From the NCBI GenBank assembly GCA_017003895.1, contig GCA_017003895.1_4520.1: a stretch of 64,000 nt of DNA, one strand, 5' to 3'. Every line of letters starts with the position of its first letter. Positions within the stretch are counted from its first letter, which is position 1. The notes beneath the pieces are model-generated. The model was not told the origin of the DNA. It did no database searches and was given only the letters and a program-made list of their open reading frames with translations. Positions 19,424 through 29,756 of this stretch are shown here, piece after piece. Made by a program: the position numbers and the translations under genes. This DNA is from a phage.

Positions 19424-19887
19424 AAAGAGTCTCTTAATAGGTTTAACACGTCAATAAATTCATCTTCAGTTAGTATTGTATCATCTTTTGTTAGGTGGCT
19501 GGCCATGCTGTGCTTCAAAATTTTTCCTTTAGAGGCTTGTAAGGCATCACGAAACCCCTTATTTTGGATCGCGGCTTCAAAATATGCATTTGTGTATAAT
19601 TCTTTCCACGCTTCGGAGTATCTTGAAAATGGAACTCCTAACCAGAAGAGAGTCCCACGGTCCTGAGCTCTTGCGTAAGACCTTCCAGCTTGCTGTGCAG
19701 CCAATCCAGACAACCCAAATATACGTCTTTGTTGTTCAACATTTTTCACCTTACATCCTTGGAGAAATCCTTCAAGACCTCCGAATTGAATACCATCCAT
19801 AACAAAAGGCCATTGAGCAAAGTTACTTAATGCACATGACGGCCATTTGAAATTACTTCTTATTTCTAATTCAGACATCTTTAACAC
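19420..19887 (-). CDS. NADAR/YbiA-like domain protein (putative ADP-ribose N-glycosidase)
   Basis: 155 aa; …LSNFAQWPFVMDGIQF…EGFLQGCK… resembles the YbiA/NADAR core (FSNFA..WP…DG); motif-level assignment only. Confidence 0.5.
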   Translation of the reverse strand: MLKMSELEIRSNFKWPSCALSNFAQWPFVMDGIQFGGLEGFLQGCKVKNVEQQRRIFGLSGLAAQQAGRSYARAQDRGTLFWLGVPFSRYSEAWKELYTNAYFEAAIQNKGFRDALQASKGKILKHSMASHLTKDDTILTEDEFIDVLNLLRDSL

Positions 19888-20083
19888 TTATAATTTCAAC
19901 ATCAGCCCAATGTCCATAAGCCGGTAGACGGTCTTTGATAGATAATCCACCGTCATATTTCAGCATTTTAATTGTTTTAGTATATGGTTCAACTTTTCGG
20001 GCCCATGGGCTTACATCAGTCACACGATAAGTAACTTCAACCATTTCTGTACCTAACAATTTCTGAATTAATTTCTTTAACAT
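19871..20083 (-). CDS. hypothetical protein
   Basis: 70 aa ORF in the 30.x cluster. Confidence 0.45.
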   Translation of the reverse strand: MLKKLIQKLLGTEMVEVTYRVTDVSPWARKVEPYTKTIKMLKYDGGLSIKDRLPAYGHWADVEIISVKDV

Positions 20084-20084
20084 A

Positions 20085-20279
20085 TTATCCTCGCTTTAAA
20101 GATTTGATTACAGACAGTTCACCACCCATGCGAACGTCTTCAGTTCCATCGACCCATAGGACGGTGTAGGCTTCTTTAATAGTAGAATTACCTAATTTAA
20201 AAGCAGGTAAAACCTTTGAAATCATTCCGGGGATACCTATACCTTTTAACTGGACAGTTTGTGATAAGAATAGTTGCAT
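20085..20279 (-). CDS. hypothetical protein
   Basis: 64 aa ORF, start overlaps upstream stop. Confidence 0.45.
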   Translation of the reverse strand: MQLFLSQTVQLKGIGIPGMISKVLPAFKLGNSTIKEAYTVLWVDGTEDVRMGGELSVIKSLKRG

Positions 20280-20566
20280 TAGAACCTCATCTGAAAGCCG
20301 TGCGATTTAACATTACCGCCATAAATGTCGGAGGTATTGACTTCACGTGCGGCGCTAGGGTCGATGTTAATAACATGGTTGAGCTTAGTGATTGCTAAGG
20401 TATCACGACCGTTAACAGTACGGAATTCTACCGGGCACACAACATCAGCATAAGCCTTAATGGATTCACGAGTGGGCTGTTTGTCGGCAGGAACATCTTT
20501 ACCCGCTTTAGAGAAAACAACTTCACAGAAATTTTTACGAGTATCAAAATAAGTGGTCATAAACAT
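20279..20566 (-). CDS. hypothetical protein
   Basis: Start moved to Met12 of the track ORF (MFMTTYFDTRKN…): GAGGAAAA RBS precedes it, and the longer N-terminus would read through an intergenic hairpin. Confidence 0.5.
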   Translation of the reverse strand: MFMTTYFDTRKNFCEVVFSKAGKDVPADKQPTRESIKAYADVVCPVEFRTVNGRDTLAITKLNHVINIDPSAAREVNTSDIYGGNVKSHGFQMRF

Positions 20567-20607
20567 AATATTTTCCTCAAAGGAGGCCGAAGCCTCCATT
20601 TTTAAGA

Positions 20608-20973
20608 TTAAATATCGAATTCGTTCAGAACTACATCAAAGATTGCTTCTAGGTGTTCAGGTTTAGCTCGGTTACTCAGGATATGACGAATCCAAGTTTT
20701 AACCAGAAGTTTACGATTAACACCATTCCAGCAAGGATGAGTACCTAAATCACGCTGACGGAAATCATCATCTAATGCAATTTTAAAATTTGAACCTTCC
20801 ATCGTGATTGAAACCGTGATACCATTTTCAAATCGCATATAAACGTAATTAGGAGTCATGCACTGTTCGATTTCACAAACTGTACCGTTTTCGTGTTTCC
20901 ATAAGCAAATAACTTCAGAAGAACCAGCAATACCGTTAGAAACATATTTACGTTCGAAGTTGATGTAGTTCAT
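20608..20973 (-). CDS. hypothetical protein; likely paralog of 21048..21416
   Basis: 121 aa; shares size and a …C(M)TP… motif with the neighbouring 122 aa ORF; own early promoter. Confidence 0.55.
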   Translation of the reverse strand: MNYINFERKYVSNGIAGSSEVICLWKHENGTVCEIEQCMTPNYVYMRFENGITVSITMEGSNFKIALDDDFRQRDLGTHPCWNGVNRKLLVKTWIRHILSNRAKPEHLEAIFDVVLNEFDI

Positions 20974-21014
20974 TTTATTCTCCAGATGTTTAAGTTGTTT
21001 ATTGGTACAGGTCT

Positions 21015-21043
21015 ATAATAACATAACCTGTACCAAAGTAAAC
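21015..21043 (-). promoter_or_regulatory. early promoter for the ORF starting at 20973
   Basis: GTTTAC (rc 21038-21043), 17 nt, TATTAT (rc 21015-21020); embedded in inverted repeat ggtacagg…cctgtacc. Confidence 0.45.
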
Positions 21044-21047
21044 TGTT

Positions 21048-21416
21048 TTATGCAACTTTAATCCAATTGTCTAAATTTAAAACACCTTTGGCTTTCATTT
21101 TTTCTATCAGGTTATCTGCTGTAATGCGTCCATTTTGATACCATGTAACATCTTCAGAGTAACCAGTTTCTTCGTCAACATATGTTTCTGAACGAATTTT
21201 ACCGGTAATAATAGTTTTTAATTCGTATGTGTCACCTGTGAAAAAGTTTGCTAACACAATTTTCCAAGAGAAATCATCAGAAGGACCTTCAGGGGTCATA
21301 CAACCTACGAACTCAAATTGCTCTTTGTATAACATCCACTGGAATTCTTTAATTTCGATAGCTTTATAACCATCGTGGTCTTTACATTTGATGTATGAGT
21401 TCAGATTGATTTTCAT
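21048..21416 (-). CDS. hypothetical protein; likely paralog of 20608..20973
   Basis: 122 aa; own early promoter at 21459-21487. Confidence 0.55.
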   Translation of the reverse strand: MKINLNSYIKCKDHDGYKAIEIKEFQWMLYKEQFEFVGCMTPEGPSDDFSWKIVLANFFTGDTYELKTIITGKIRSETYVDEETGYSEDVTWYQNGRITADNLIEKMKAKGVLNLDNWIKVA

Positions 21417-21458
21417 TTTGTTCTCCAGGTTGTTTTATTGATTAGGTGGTACAAGTCT

Positions 21459-21487
21459 ATAGTAACACATCCTACAGGAGAGTAAAC
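21459..21487 (-). promoter_or_regulatory. early promoter for the ORF starting at 21416
   Basis: GTTTAC (rc 21482-21487), 17 nt, TACTAT (rc 21459-21464). Confidence 0.45.
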
Positions 21488-21510
21488 ATCTTTTTAAACT
21501 TTTTCTGCCC

Positions 21511-21541
21511 TAAACGCACAAAAGGGAGACCGAAGTCTCCC
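21511..21541 (-). terminator. rho-independent terminator after the small basic ORF
   Basis: GGGAGAC cgaa GTCTCCC (21524-21541), T-run on the minus strand; same stem-loop as at 36925-36942. Confidence 0.65.
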
Positions 21542-21546
21542 TAAAA

Positions 21547-21726
21547 TTATGCAACAACCTTTCCAAAACGAGAAGCATCATCTCGAAGAACTGCACGTGC
21601 TCTGCGCATGATCTTCTCAACTGTTTGATTAATACGAGAGTTCGACCCACGCTTGTATCCAGCGCGTTTAGAGGTACCATCAACTTTCTTTTCAACTGCT
21701 TTCTTTGCTTTAGCTTGTTTTGCCAT
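21547..21726 (-). CDS. small Lys/Arg-rich protein, 59 aa
   Basis: Hand-translated: MAKQAKAKKAVEKKVDGTSKRAGYKRGSNSRINQTVEKIMRRARAVLRDDASRFGKVVA; followed by a terminator at 21511-21541. Confidence 0.4.
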   Translation of the reverse strand: MAKQAKAKKAVEKKVDGTSKRAGYKRGSNSRINQTVEKIMRRARAVLRDDASRFGKVVA

Positions 21727-22021
21727 TATAAATTCTCTTTAAATGAAAATGCAGGACTTATTGACATTGCCTGCGCAAGCCCTCAAGGGGAACATAGGTT
21801 TTGGATATTTAACGACAGGATAACCATAAACCCGTCATCATACCAACCACGACTTAGACAGATAACCTTTTTCTGACGCGTGATAGTACAAAATACATTC
21901 AAGAGGTACACCGTAAAACTGCCGGGGCCTTAAAACTATAATGATTCGCAAATCATTAATCAGACAGTTCGACGGCTCCTCGATTTTCTAGCCGCACTTA
22001 AGGTAGCGAATCACCTAAAAC

Positions 22022-22270
22022 TTATTTAAGGGTAATAACAAAATGACGTACTGCTTTACGAGCTGCAGAAGCCAAAGGCTTAGCATATTTCAGTTCATCT
22101 TTTGCTTCCAGTTCAGAGGCCAAAGCTGCCTGTACCGGGTTCAGATGTTTGAAATAATGCAGGATTTCCAGTGCTTCGGCTTCAACATCAATCGACGCGC
22201 CGTAGTTTTCGTGACCGTTATTCCATGCGTTTCGTTGCAGTTCAAGAGCGTGTTGTAATTGTTTAATCAT
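22022..22270 (-). CDS. rIII: rIII lysis-inhibition accessory protein
   Basis: 82 aa (T4 rIII is 82 aa), N-terminus MIKQLQHALELQRNAW…; upstream of gene 31. Confidence 0.75.
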   Translation of the reverse strand: MIKQLQHALELQRNAWNNGHENYGASIDVEAEALEILHYFKHLNPVQAALASELEAKDELKYAKPLASAARKAVRHFVITLK

Positions 22271-22386
22271 TTTAAATTCTCAATTCGAGATAATATTTAG
22301 TAGCCACGTTCGTCTGAATTTCACCTTCTTTCGACAAGTCTCTCAGTTGTAGGCTACCGCTTAGAAGAGTGTTCTCTTCATATAGT

Positions 22387-22394
22387 TATTTATA
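22387..22394 (-). promoter_or_regulatory. candidate late promoter (TATAAATA) between gene 31 and rIII
   Basis: Plus strand tatttata = minus strand TATAAATA, immediately after the gene 31 stop. Confidence 0.35.
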
Positions 22395-22727
22395 TCACTT
22401 ATAAAGACACGGAATAGCTTTATAGTGGCATGTTACGAATTTCTGTTTAATTTCTTTAGGTTGTTTAAGTCCCAAAGCCACAAATGGATGTGGAACATTT
22501 CGAATTTGTCCAACTGGTAGTGGAGTCAAATCACCGACTTCAACAAAACCTTCAGGAACATCAGGACCTACAGAATGAACTACACATAGTTCAGGAACTT
22601 CACCTTGAACACGTTTACCAATCACAAGTCCTGATTCGGTAACTTCTTCATCACCTGCTTGAGCGGGTTCAGAAACCAGAATGACATATTCACCAACAGC
22701 ACGAATTGGGAGTTGTACTTCAGACAT
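22395..22727 (-). CDS. 31: co-chaperonin gp31 (GroES analogue for capsid folding)
   Basis: 110 aa; [54 protein letters not shown]… near-identical to T4 gp31 as recalled. Confidence 0.85.
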   Translation of the reverse strand: MSEVQLPIRAVGEYVILVSEPAQAGDEEVTESGLVIGKRVQGEVPELCVVHSVGPDVPEGFVEVGDLTPLPVGQIRNVPHPFVALGLKQPKEIKQKFVTCHYKAIPCLYK

Positions 22728-22784
22728 CTTATTTCCTTGTTGTTTGACGATAGATTAATAATACCATACTATTCGTAAAGCATA

Positions 22785-23093
22785 TTACATAAGAAGCAAA
22801 CGTTCTACCGGAGTACCATCAACCGAAATTACTTTATCAAGGCGGAAAGAACGCCACTGACCTAACTTGGTATCGAATGCTCGAACTGATTCACGAGGTT
22901 CAGAACGAACTTCTGATGCCGGATTGTTATTTTCATATTTGACTTCAAGTTCATCGCGAGAAGCAAACATAGTGCGTACCTCACCGTTAGCCTTTTCAAA
23001 TACAACACAATGAACGCCTACAGACAGAATAGTTTTAATACGTTCACGAAGAACCATAGTTTCTTGTTCAGTTAAAATCATATTATTCACCAC
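22785..23093 (-). CDS. hypothetical protein (31.1 position)
   Basis: 102 aa ORF between gene 31 and cd. Confidence 0.55.
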   Translation of the reverse strand: MVNNMILTEQETMVLRERIKTILSVGVHCVVFEKANGEVRTMFASRDELEVKYENNNPASEVRSEPRESVRAFDTKLGQWRSFRLDKVISVDGTPVERLLLM

Positions 23094-23664
23094 AAAAGTT
23101 TCGGATTTGTTCCCAATTCAGAGAACGAAGATTATTACGAGAGTACTGAATTACTTCAATACCGGCTTGTTTTAGAATGTCTGCCCAATTTTCAGGAGAT
23201 CGGTCGTATAATTCTGCATATACAACCTTTTTAATACCTGACTGTGTAATAGCTTTAGTGCAATCAGGACACGGAGAAAGCGTCGTATATAACGTAGCAC
23301 CTTCAATAGAATTACCTTTACGAGCTGCAAATAAAATTGCATTCAGTTCAGCATGGATTTCATTATTAGCAGACCATGCACTATGAGCGGCCCGATGTTC
23401 TTTAGCCAAAACAAAATTATCCACCCGTCCAAATGCTGTAGTGCCTTCTTTATGCCCAGCAACGATGACCGGGCTTGGTTTATTCTTCAACCAACCGTTT
23501 TCGGATGCATGTTCGCAACAGTTTGTACCACCTGAAGGAGAGCCATTATAACCTGTAGAAATAATGCGTCCATCTTTTTCAATGACGGCACCAACTTTCC
23601 ATGAACAACATTTTGATTCTTGAGAAATCAAATAAGCAATTTGAAGATATGTGCTAGCTTTCAT
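23083..23664 (-). CDS. cd: dCMP deaminase
   Basis: 193 aa; cytidine/deoxycytidylate deaminase zinc motifs HAELNAI … PCPDC. Confidence 0.9.
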   Translation of the reverse strand: MKASTYLQIAYLISQESKCCSWKVGAVIEKDGRIISTGYNGSPSGGTNCCEHASENGWLKNKPSPVIVAGHKEGTTAFGRVDNFVLAKEHRAAHSAWSANNEIHAELNAILFAARKGNSIEGATLYTTLSPCPDCTKAITQSGIKKVVYAELYDRSPENWADILKQAGIEVIQYSRNNLRSLNWEQIRNFCGE

Positions 23665-24656
23665 TATTGAACCTTATTAATATAAGTTAACAGCTCTTTA
23701 GTTTGTTCCCAACTGATGCACGCATCGGTAACGGAAACGCCATAGGACATATTATCAGAAATTTTTTGATTTCCTTCATGTAGGAATGATTCTATCATAA
23801 TTCCTTTGACCAAATCATTAGCTGCTAAATTTTTACCAATACCAATTTGATTGCTATAATGCCCAGCAGCGTTTGCATGGCTACAGTCAACCATTACATA
23901 ATGATTCAGACCTACTGCACTTGCTTTGTTAGAAGCTTCTTGAATATCAGAAGAATGATAGTTCGGGCCGTTGGTCCCGCCACGCAATACGATATGCGTA
24001 TTCTGATTACCTTCAGCTTCAACAATGCCTACAGTACCATCGACGTCCATACCCATATACCGATGAGGCCTGGCGGCACTATACATCGCGTCTGTAGCTA
24101 CTTTAATAGAACCATTGGTTGCGTTCTTGAAGCCTACGCACATCGGTAGACCTGAAGCAATTTCACGATGTGTCTGACTTTCAGTCGTACGGGCGCCAAT
24201 AGCAACCCATGAGAAAATACCAGAAAGATACTTAATCGTGAATGGGTCTAATACTTCAGTTGCTAATGGAAGTCCCATACGTAGAAGTTTACGACACAAT
24301 GTTCGTGCAACTATAAGACCGTGGTTCATATCAAAACTTCCGTCAAGATATGGATCATTTACAAGACCTTTCCAACCTACGGTAGTTCGAGGCTTTTCAA
24401 AATAAACGCGCATCACTAACAGAACATTAGGAAGACGAGTTTGAAGTTCAGCCAGACGTTTGCCGTATTCAACAGCAGCAATAGGGTCATGAATTGAACA
24501 AGGACCTACAACGATAAGTTTGCGTGGGTCTTCACCGTTCATAATCGAATTAACTTGTTCGCGATGAGAAGCCACTTGTGATGCGTAAGCTTCCGACAAA
24601 GGAATAATCTCAGCCAGTTCTTTTGGAGAAATAAGTTTTCTGACGACAGGTAACAT
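23664..24656 (-). CDS. 3-deoxy-D-arabino-heptulosonate-7-phosphate (DAHP) synthase, class I (AroG/F/H-like)
   Basis: 330 aa; signature blocks GPCSIHD, RVYFEKPRTTVGWKGL, GARTTESQ, VGFKN, LRGG, DCSHAN, EGNQ, TDAC; stop overlaps the cd start codon. Confidence 0.9.
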   Translation of the reverse strand: MLPVVRKLISPKELAEIIPLSEAYASQVASHREQVNSIMNGEDPRKLIVVGPCSIHDPIAAVEYGKRLAELQTRLPNVLLVMRVYFEKPRTTVGWKGLVNDPYLDGSFDMNHGLIVARTLCRKLLRMGLPLATEVLDPFTIKYLSGIFSWVAIGARTTESQTHREIASGLPMCVGFKNATNGSIKVATDAMYSAARPHRYMGMDVDGTVGIVEAEGNQNTHIVLRGGTNGPNYHSSDIQEASNKASAVGLNHYVMVDCSHANAAGHYSNQIGIGKNLAANDLVKGIMIESFLHEGNQKISDNMSYGVSVTDACISWEQTKELLTYINKVQ

Positions 24657-24776
24657 AACAATCCTTAGGAGATATAAACAGATTCTGATTCAACAATACC
24701 TTTAACCGGATTAGACAGGCTAAGTTGGTAGTGCTCAGATTTATGACCATTCTCGATAGTAATGAGATAGCTCTCA

Positions 24777-25013
24777 TTATAGTGTTCCATATACTCGAGT
24801 TGCTTCAACAAGACCATCACTGCCTAATTTAAGATTAGTAATTTGGTCACCATCTTTAGGATTAACGATTATGAGAAAAGAACGTGGAGATTCTTGAATA
24901 ACTCGTAATGTTGCATCTTGGAAACGTTCAGACACTTTATTGATGAGTGCTTGAGCAAATTCTTTTACTTTAATCTGAAATTCGTGTACTGTAATTGGGT
25001 TTTCACTTAGCAT
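24777..25013 (-). CDS. hypothetical protein
   Basis: 78 aa; early promoter at 25041-25070. Confidence 0.5.
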   Translation of the reverse strand: MLSENPITVHEFQIKVKEFAQALINKVSERFQDATLRVIQESPRSFLIIVNPKDGDQITNLKLGSDGLVEATRVYGTL

Positions 25014-25040
25014 TTCTATTTCCTCATTTGTTGGTAGAGT

Positions 25041-25070
25041 TATAGTATCACAACTCCACCACGTTGTAAA
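25041..25070 (-). promoter_or_regulatory. early promoter for the ORF starting at 25013
   Basis: GTTTAC (rc 25065-25070), 18 nt, TACTAT (rc 25041-25046). Confidence 0.45.
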
Positions 25071-25073
25071 CCA

Positions 25074-25349
25074 TTAAATTGCTTTGCATTCAATTTTTTG
25101 TGTACCGAAATTGATATCACATTGGATAACTAAATCGCCGTCAAGATCAAATACCACGATGACGTGTGCAGACCCAGGGAGAAGAGTAATAGCAATAGAA
25201 TCTACTTGGTCTGGGAGCAAAGCATTGAGTACATGAGTTACTTGAGCATGAACTCTGAGTTCGGCTGCATTATCAAGCACTTCAAACATATTATTAGCAA
25301 TAATCTGACTGAAGACTACCTTTACAATTTCAGAATAAGTTGGGAACAT
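25074..25349 (-). CDS. hypothetical protein
   Basis: 91 aa ORF in the cd-pseT interval. Confidence 0.5.
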   Translation of the reverse strand: MFPTYSEIVKVVFSQIIANNMFEVLDNAAELRVHAQVTHVLNALLPDQVDSIAITLLPGSAHVIVVFDLDGDLVIQCDINFGTQKIECKAI

Positions 25350-25356
25350 AATTACC

Positions 25357-25581
25357 TCAGTGCACAGTATTTACTTTAACTCGAACAACAAATCGCTCGG
25401 TTGGTTCACCTACAGGAACAAACTCTACATGATATTCACCTTTGTAACGAGTATTCAGATCATTACGAATTCCTGCGAGTTTGTTGATTAATGTAGGACT
25501 CATATTAAGTCCCACTAGTTTACGAAGCATTTTGTATGCTTCATCTTCGATTTCATGATGTTTATCGTACATAGTTTTCAT
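25357..25581 (-). CDS. hypothetical protein
   Basis: 74 aa ORF. Confidence 0.5.
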   Translation of the reverse strand: MKTMYDKHHEIEDEAYKMLRKLVGLNMSPTLINKLAGIRNDLNTRYKGEYHVEFVPVGEPTERFVVRVKVNTVH

Positions 25582-25753
25582 TTAACCATTCAATTGCCTG
25601 GTCGACGTTATCAAATATACCGCCGTCCAAACGTTCTTCATGCTCATAGTCCAGCACATCAATACCGAACTGTCCATTTACTAAAGGCCAGGCAACAAAC
25701 AAATATTCTTTATGCTGTTCGATGGCCTCAATCACTTCATATAATCGTTTCAT
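25562..25753 (-). CDS. hypothetical protein
   Basis: 63 aa acidic ORF abutting the pseT start. Confidence 0.45.
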   Translation of the reverse strand: MKRLYEVIEAIEQHKEYLFVAWPLVNGQFGIDVLDYEHEERLDGGIFDNVDQAIEWLNENYVR

Positions 25754-26840
<1,087 letters not shown>

Positions 26841-26841
<1 letters not shown>

Positions 26842-27140
26842 TATTTGATTCCTAAGAAAGCTTCAAGAATACGAATGTTGAGTTCGCGCCGGTCTTTATT
26901 AATTTCAGCAACGTTTTTATTAATTGACGTACTTCTAACGTTTGAAGAAATAAATTTAATCATATGACTTTTGAGTTGTTGCAAATCCAACCCTTTTTCT
27001 TTAGCAGCTTTACGAAGAGCTTTACCTGCTTCATCTAGTGCCTTTGCTGCATCTTTGTCATAATCTACAAGTGTCATTCCACGGCAGATATCAATATACT
27101 CATCAGACCGTTTGATGTAATTCTCTAGTAATGTTTTCAT
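26841..27140 (-). CDS. hypothetical protein
   Basis: 99 aa; early promoter at 27169-27198. Confidence 0.5.
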
Positions 27141-27168
27141 TTAGATTTCCTCAATTATCCATAGGAGC

Positions 27169-27198
27169 ATTATACTCTGCTCCCGAGAGTTTGTAAAC
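27169..27198 (-). promoter_or_regulatory. early promoter for the ORF starting at 27140
   Basis: GTTTAC (rc 27193-27198), 18 nt, TATAAT (rc 27169-27174); shares a ~25-nt core with the ndd promoter. Confidence 0.5.
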
Positions 27199-27422
27199 TA
27201 TTTTACTAAAGATTCAATATACTCATGAAGAGCTTTAGTCGCTACTGCCCACTTATTCTGATATTCATTTTTCAGATTAGCACGAGACTGAACTAACAAG
27301 CGGTCATTAGTCGGAGGCAAAGATTCTAATCGTTGAATCTGGCGTCCATAAATCATAGCCGCCATTTCAGATTCATAGATAAGCCCTTTAATGTATTCAT
27401 GCTGTTCTTTAGTCATTGGCAT
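27198..27422 (-). CDS. hypothetical protein
   Basis: 74 aa ORF. Confidence 0.5.
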   Translation of the reverse strand: MPMTKEQHEYIKGLIYESEMAAMIYGRQIQRLESLPPTNDRLLVQSRANLKNEYQNKWAVATKALHEYIESLVK

Positions 27423-27703
27423 TTTTCCTCTTTTAAACCACTACGATAATAACATAACATAGTCTTCTGGTCATGTATATATCTTTTTACGTCGTTTAAC
27501 CAGATACGAAATTCTTGAGAGTCTTCAAATGGCATTCCAACCCACGGATTACCATCAATAACCTTTACTTGCCATTTCTGGTTGTATTCGGAAATAGGCG
27601 TAGGCCATGAAGGATGTAAAGTTTCTTTAGGGCTTACTGGCACATCCTGAGTACATCCAACTAGGAGACCAATAGATAATACAGCCACAGTTAATTTAAT
27701 CAT
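27413..27703 (-). CDS. o-spanin (outer-membrane lipoprotein; T4 PseT.2-like)
   Basis: 96 aa; signal peptide plus lipobox LLVGC, Cys near C-terminus; overlaps the i-spanin gene. Confidence 0.65.
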   Translation of the reverse strand: MIKLTVAVLSIGLLVGCTQDVPVSPKETLHPSWPTPISEYNQKWQVKVIDGNPWVGMPFEDSQEFRIWLNDVKRYIHDQKTMLCYYRSGLKEEKCQ

Positions 27704-28056
27704 TCTGAGAGCTTCCTGAGGTCTTCTGCAAAGGAATCGAAGGACCTGTTGATTTGTTTTTCGACCAATCCTGGTTTACTTGCCACCACGTTCTTCTTCT
27801 TCGAATCCTTACGGAGCTTTTCATTTTCGGCCTTAAGTTGGTCAACTAAAACACGGTTCTTATAAGTCATTTCTTCGATTGACTGATATTGAACCTTGAA
27901 GTCGTCTAATACTTTAGCATTGTTTTTAGCTGTATCTTTGACAGAAGCTAATTCAGTATTCAACGAATCAACTTTGTTGTTTAAGACCACTATTGTTACA
28001 GTAGAAACTAGAGCAAAAGCTGCCGCTATAGCATAAATCGGATTTACTTTAAGCAT
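27700..28056 (-). CDS. i-spanin (inner-membrane; T4 PseT.3-like)
   Basis: 118 aa; N-terminal TM helix (IYAIAAAFALVSTVTIVVL) followed by coiled-coil. Confidence 0.65.
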   Translation of the reverse strand: MLKVNPIYAIAAAFALVSTVTIVVLNNKVDSLNTELASVKDTAKNNAKVLDDFKVQYQSIEEMTYKNRVLVDQLKAENEKLRKDSKKKNVVASKPGLVEKQINRSFDSFAEDLRKLSE

Positions 28057-28544
28057 GTTTTAATAATCTCAATGATTTCATCTCGGGATAATCCATTGAT
28101 AAGAACGGTTTTCAAACCATCACACTGGATTTTGTACGATTCAAACAATACACACAACTCTTCTGCTGTATGATACGGACTTGAAATTCCGAGGCGGTTG
28201 AATTTGTCGGTAAGAGGGTCGCAAATGATGTAGAATTTTATACCTGCGATATGTACGTTTGGTTGACTAATATTAATGAACACATTAGCGTCATATTTAG
28301 TCAAATTGTTTTGAAGAAATTCTACCATGGCATTAACTGCTTCCGGCATCGCTTCGCGTTTCTCTTCAGCGTATCGGGTGGAATACTCTTTTTGTTTTAC
28401 TTTCTTTTTAAGATTTTTGGCCAGTGTAACACGTAGGTCAGTAAGATAACCAACTGGACGTCCTTTCTTAAAGACCCGGATTCCGTCAGTTGTGTCTCCA
28501 AAAGCGGTTACGACCATATCGTTAGTAATCAATTGCATATTCAT
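28044..28544 (-). CDS. alc: Alc transcription terminator for unmodified (dC) DNA
   Basis: 166 aa (T4 Alc 167 aa); position between the pseT block and rnlA; own early promoter. Confidence 0.65.
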   Translation of the reverse strand: MNMQLITNDMVVTAFGDTTDGIRVFKKGRPVGYLTDLRVTLAKNLKKKVKQKEYSTRYAEEKREAMPEAVNAMVEFLQNNLTKYDANVFINISQPNVHIAGIKFYIICDPLTDKFNRLGISSPYHTAEELCVLFESYKIQCDGLKTVLINGLSRDEIIEIIKTCLK

Positions 28545-28574
28545 AATTTTCTCCTCGTATTGTTGATAAAAGCC

Positions 28575-28604
28575 ATAGTAACACCTTCCTTGGTGTTTGT
28601 AAAC
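28575..28604 (-). promoter_or_regulatory. early promoter for alc
   Basis: GTTTAC (rc 28599-28604), 18 nt, TACTAT (rc 28575-28580). Confidence 0.45.
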
Positions 28605-28606
28605 CG

Positions 28607-29740
<1,134 letters not shown>

Positions 29741-29756
29741 TCAGTTAGTTTTTTAA

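Noticed and set aside
20567-20599. N-terminal 11 codons of track ORF 20279..20599
   Set aside because: The extension is encoded by the intergenic hairpin GGAGGC cgaa GCCTCC, whereas the internal Met at 20566 has a GAGGAAAA RBS; the hairpin is more likely an RNA element than coding
23664-24656. Alternative reading of the DAHP synthase ORF as KDO8P synthase (KdsA)
   Set aside because: Length (330 aa) and the specific blocks RVYFEKPRTTVGWKGL and GARTTESQ match AroG-type DAHP synthase rather than the shorter KdsA; this remains a substrate question for experiment
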